Shown: in pieces, positions 59,201 to 60,120 of the stretch | Layout: each line of letters begins with the position of its first letter | Numbering within the stretch: the stretch's first letter is position 1 | Origin: Akkermansia muciniphila | Lineage (GTDB): Bacteria; Verrucomicrobiota; Verrucomicrobiia; Limisphaerales; UBA9464 | Direction: 5' to 3' | DNA length: 60,120 nt | Assembly: GCA_945900455.1 (NCBI GenBank) | Contig: CAMDJH010000005.1 | Location: forward strand, 1 to 60,120 | The notes under the pieces: model-generated | Told to the model about the DNA's origin: nothing | Database searches by the model: none | What the model saw: only the letters and a program-made list of their open reading frames with translations | Translations under genes and position numbers: made by a program

Positions 59201-59899
59201 CCGAACGTTGAACGAAACTTTGCTGGTGCGAAGGGCGGTCGACTTGTCGTTGCTGGAGGCCACTTCCTTAAGACTTCGATAGACGGGAGCATTGAGGTCG
59301 GCACCGGTGTAGACGGCGAGCAGTGTGTCGAACGTGCTGCCCTCCGTGCTGAAACTGGCAATGCCCGAGACGGAGGGAACCCAGGCCAACCAGACGGAAG
59401 CGCCGCCCGTGTTGCCTGCATGGAGGGGTTCTCCCGCCGTTCGGTCGACGGTCATTCGTACGTTGGATCCCCCGCCGACGCCGCTGTTGCCGCGAAGCTG
59501 ATTGGCGGGACCGCGTCGGAGAATTTCCGGCGCATCGAGTTCATCCGTGAAGGGTAGGAGCGGAACGTTTGGAACAAGTTTGGCAGTGGTGCTATAGGCG
59601 GTGCCGAGACTGTTCGCGACCACCACGCGATACGAACCACCGTTCTCTGCCTGGAAACTGCGGAAGGAATGCGAGAAAGCGGTTGCCGACGGAATGTTCA
59701 CTCCATTCAATTGCCATTGGTAGGTCAATGGCGATGCGCCGGTTGCTCGGACCGACAGATTCACAGAAGTGCCCAGGGTCACCGGGCTTGTGGGCGACAC
59801 GGGTTGGGCGACAATGGCCGGTGCTTGAGCGTGAATCCGCGCCGCCATCCACACGCAACACCACACGGTGGCGCACCCAGTTGTAAATAATCGTTTCAT
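56297..59899 (-). CDS. Large exported Ig-domain repeat surface protein with conserved C-terminal domain
   Basis: Signal peptide; many Ig domains (YQW..G..I.GAT...G.Y.V.V.N); two EPLH.G..GG.S.W / GS.[FY]DT.LA.Y domains; ends PKWYRLIPPLD. Confidence 0.9.
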   Translation of the reverse strand: MKRLFTTGCATVWCCVWMAARIHAQAPAIVAQPVSPTSPVTLGTSVNLSVRATGASPLTYQWQLNGVNIPSATAFSHSFRSFQAENGGSYRVVVANSLGTAYSTTAKLVPNVPLLPFTDELDAPEILRRGPANQLRGNSGVGGGSNVRMTVDRTAGEPLHAGNTGGASVWLAWVPSVSGIASFSTEGSTFDTLLAVYTGADLNAPVYRSLKEVASSNDKSTALRTSKVSFNVRSGQVYFIAVDGRGSTTKSLTTLTRSVVATGDIVLTWNVQETLLLLPVFTTVLVSKSFLPLAPVSIPAAVDLGGADSAAFLWSQNGVPLPNQLGSSLVLDSITRSHVGTYFCDVTTTKGGVRLTTRSKEIDLQISQRSDNTDTQVLAEDSFASAVEYSFAGASVHGSLLGSGTGRRLGLAAGTSGTQIFNTKDATTEEGEPLHCGVAGGHSEWYTIQTAADGILVADTVGSDYDTVLAAYFDNGTGTGLFDGLVNVACNNNAPGLGTASRISFPCQAGKIYYLAVDGPGGIAQINYRLGVPLRIVTPPIGAVLLRNSPHVLRVIVEGVGTLRYQWIKDGVDIPGAIDATLTLPPVQPPDSGRYRVRVTDDLSSTLSSEVVLVVQYAPIFTQVPAPQLKLKGETAVFTALAEGVPAPTYAWFFNGSPLGITTPTLNLPGLQLNQAGNYTVSASNVAGVTPSPAAALTVHQIPAVTLQLGSQTHRPGETATFQAAATGFPAPSFQWQFKGVAIPGATAATLTRNNVQAADAGPYRVVVTNPAGSATSDEATLTLDFTVAPSFTLQPVSLTRLTGETATFSVLANGTPTPTLQWYFNNAPLSVTDPSLTLLNLQLSKAGEYYAVANNSKGSVTSSVVTLTLYQPPTVTLQLGSQTHRPGETATFQAAATGFPAPSFQWQFKGVPVPGATAATLTRNNVQAANAGTYRVVVTNPGGSATSDEATLTLDFTVAPSFTLQPVSLTRLTGETATFNVQATGTPAPTFQWYFNNAPLSATDPSLTLLNLQLSKAGEYYAVANNSKGSVTSSVVTLTLYQPPTVTLQPLDQTIRPGFPAIFKVWGTGIPVPEYQWLFNQQVIAGANSSNYVIPKASLAAQGTYRCVVFNTAGTNSTEEATLEVHPSGLPTMQLNLGANGILTLSAQGLPSVPYQLQQSIDLTEWEDVFILQSPSGQYEMIDSLSSSPKWYRLIPPLD
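56749..57787. repeat. Near-identical 513-bp tandem duplication (two Ig domains per unit)
   Basis: GCTGAAGCGTGAC recurs at 56749, 57262 and 57775 (period 513 bp = 171 aa); intervening DNA near-identical. Confidence 0.95.
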
Positions 59900-60120
59900 C
59901 GTCTCCCGCACCCGATAGTCAAAGGGGACCGTGGCAAAAATTCAAGGCTGTGTGAGCAGTTCCTACTCCGAAGGGTGCATCTCACGGAAAGGGTGGTTTT
60001 CTCGAGTGACAGTAAGATGAGATAAAAAATGCGCTGAGATTGCGAAGAGATTGTGGTCAGCCAGAAGGCTGGACGGAGAACTGCGCGTGTGGGAATAACT
60101 GCTGCCAGTAGCCGTTTCGC

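Noticed and set aside
60057-60119. Possible 3' end of a minus-strand gene (RNGYWQQLFPHAQFSVQPSG*)
   Set aside because: Too short at the window edge to support

Overview
GC-rich bacterial chromosomal window, most likely Verrucomicrobiota (Pedosphaerales/Limisphaerales-like). The assignment is inferred from Amuc_1098-1101-like genes, PVC-type heme proteins and a DUF1501/PSD1 pair. The window opens on the 3' end and right inverted repeat of an IS66-family element. It carries housekeeping genes (rimO, a sigma-70 factor, tex, radC, tig, tadA, coaE, pyrE, nth, clpPX), a two-gene periplasmic dehydrogenase/cupredoxin/cytochrome c module, an HpnN-like MMPL transporter, a CotH-family kinase and an Ig-repeat surface protein with a 513-bp internal tandem duplication. 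The best candidate for an under-described system is a seven-gene operon at 27.6-41.0 kb closed by one terminator. It encodes a GspL-like PilM-PilN fusion, Amuc_1100-like and Amuc_1099-like proteins and a Gly-rich TPR secretin, followed by three exported proteins. Two of these, plus the distant Ig protein, end in a shared ~60-aa 'W/Y..E.S.DL..W...[FYW]YR[LV]' C-terminal domain that may be a secretion sorting signal. The third looks like a catalytically dead metzincin. Other observations are a Tat signal separated from its start codon by a +1 frameshift, a candidate MITE, a terminator-like hairpin in the pil leader, and a possible ~28-kb inversion separating tig from clpPX. All family assignments come from motif recognition by eye; no searches were run.
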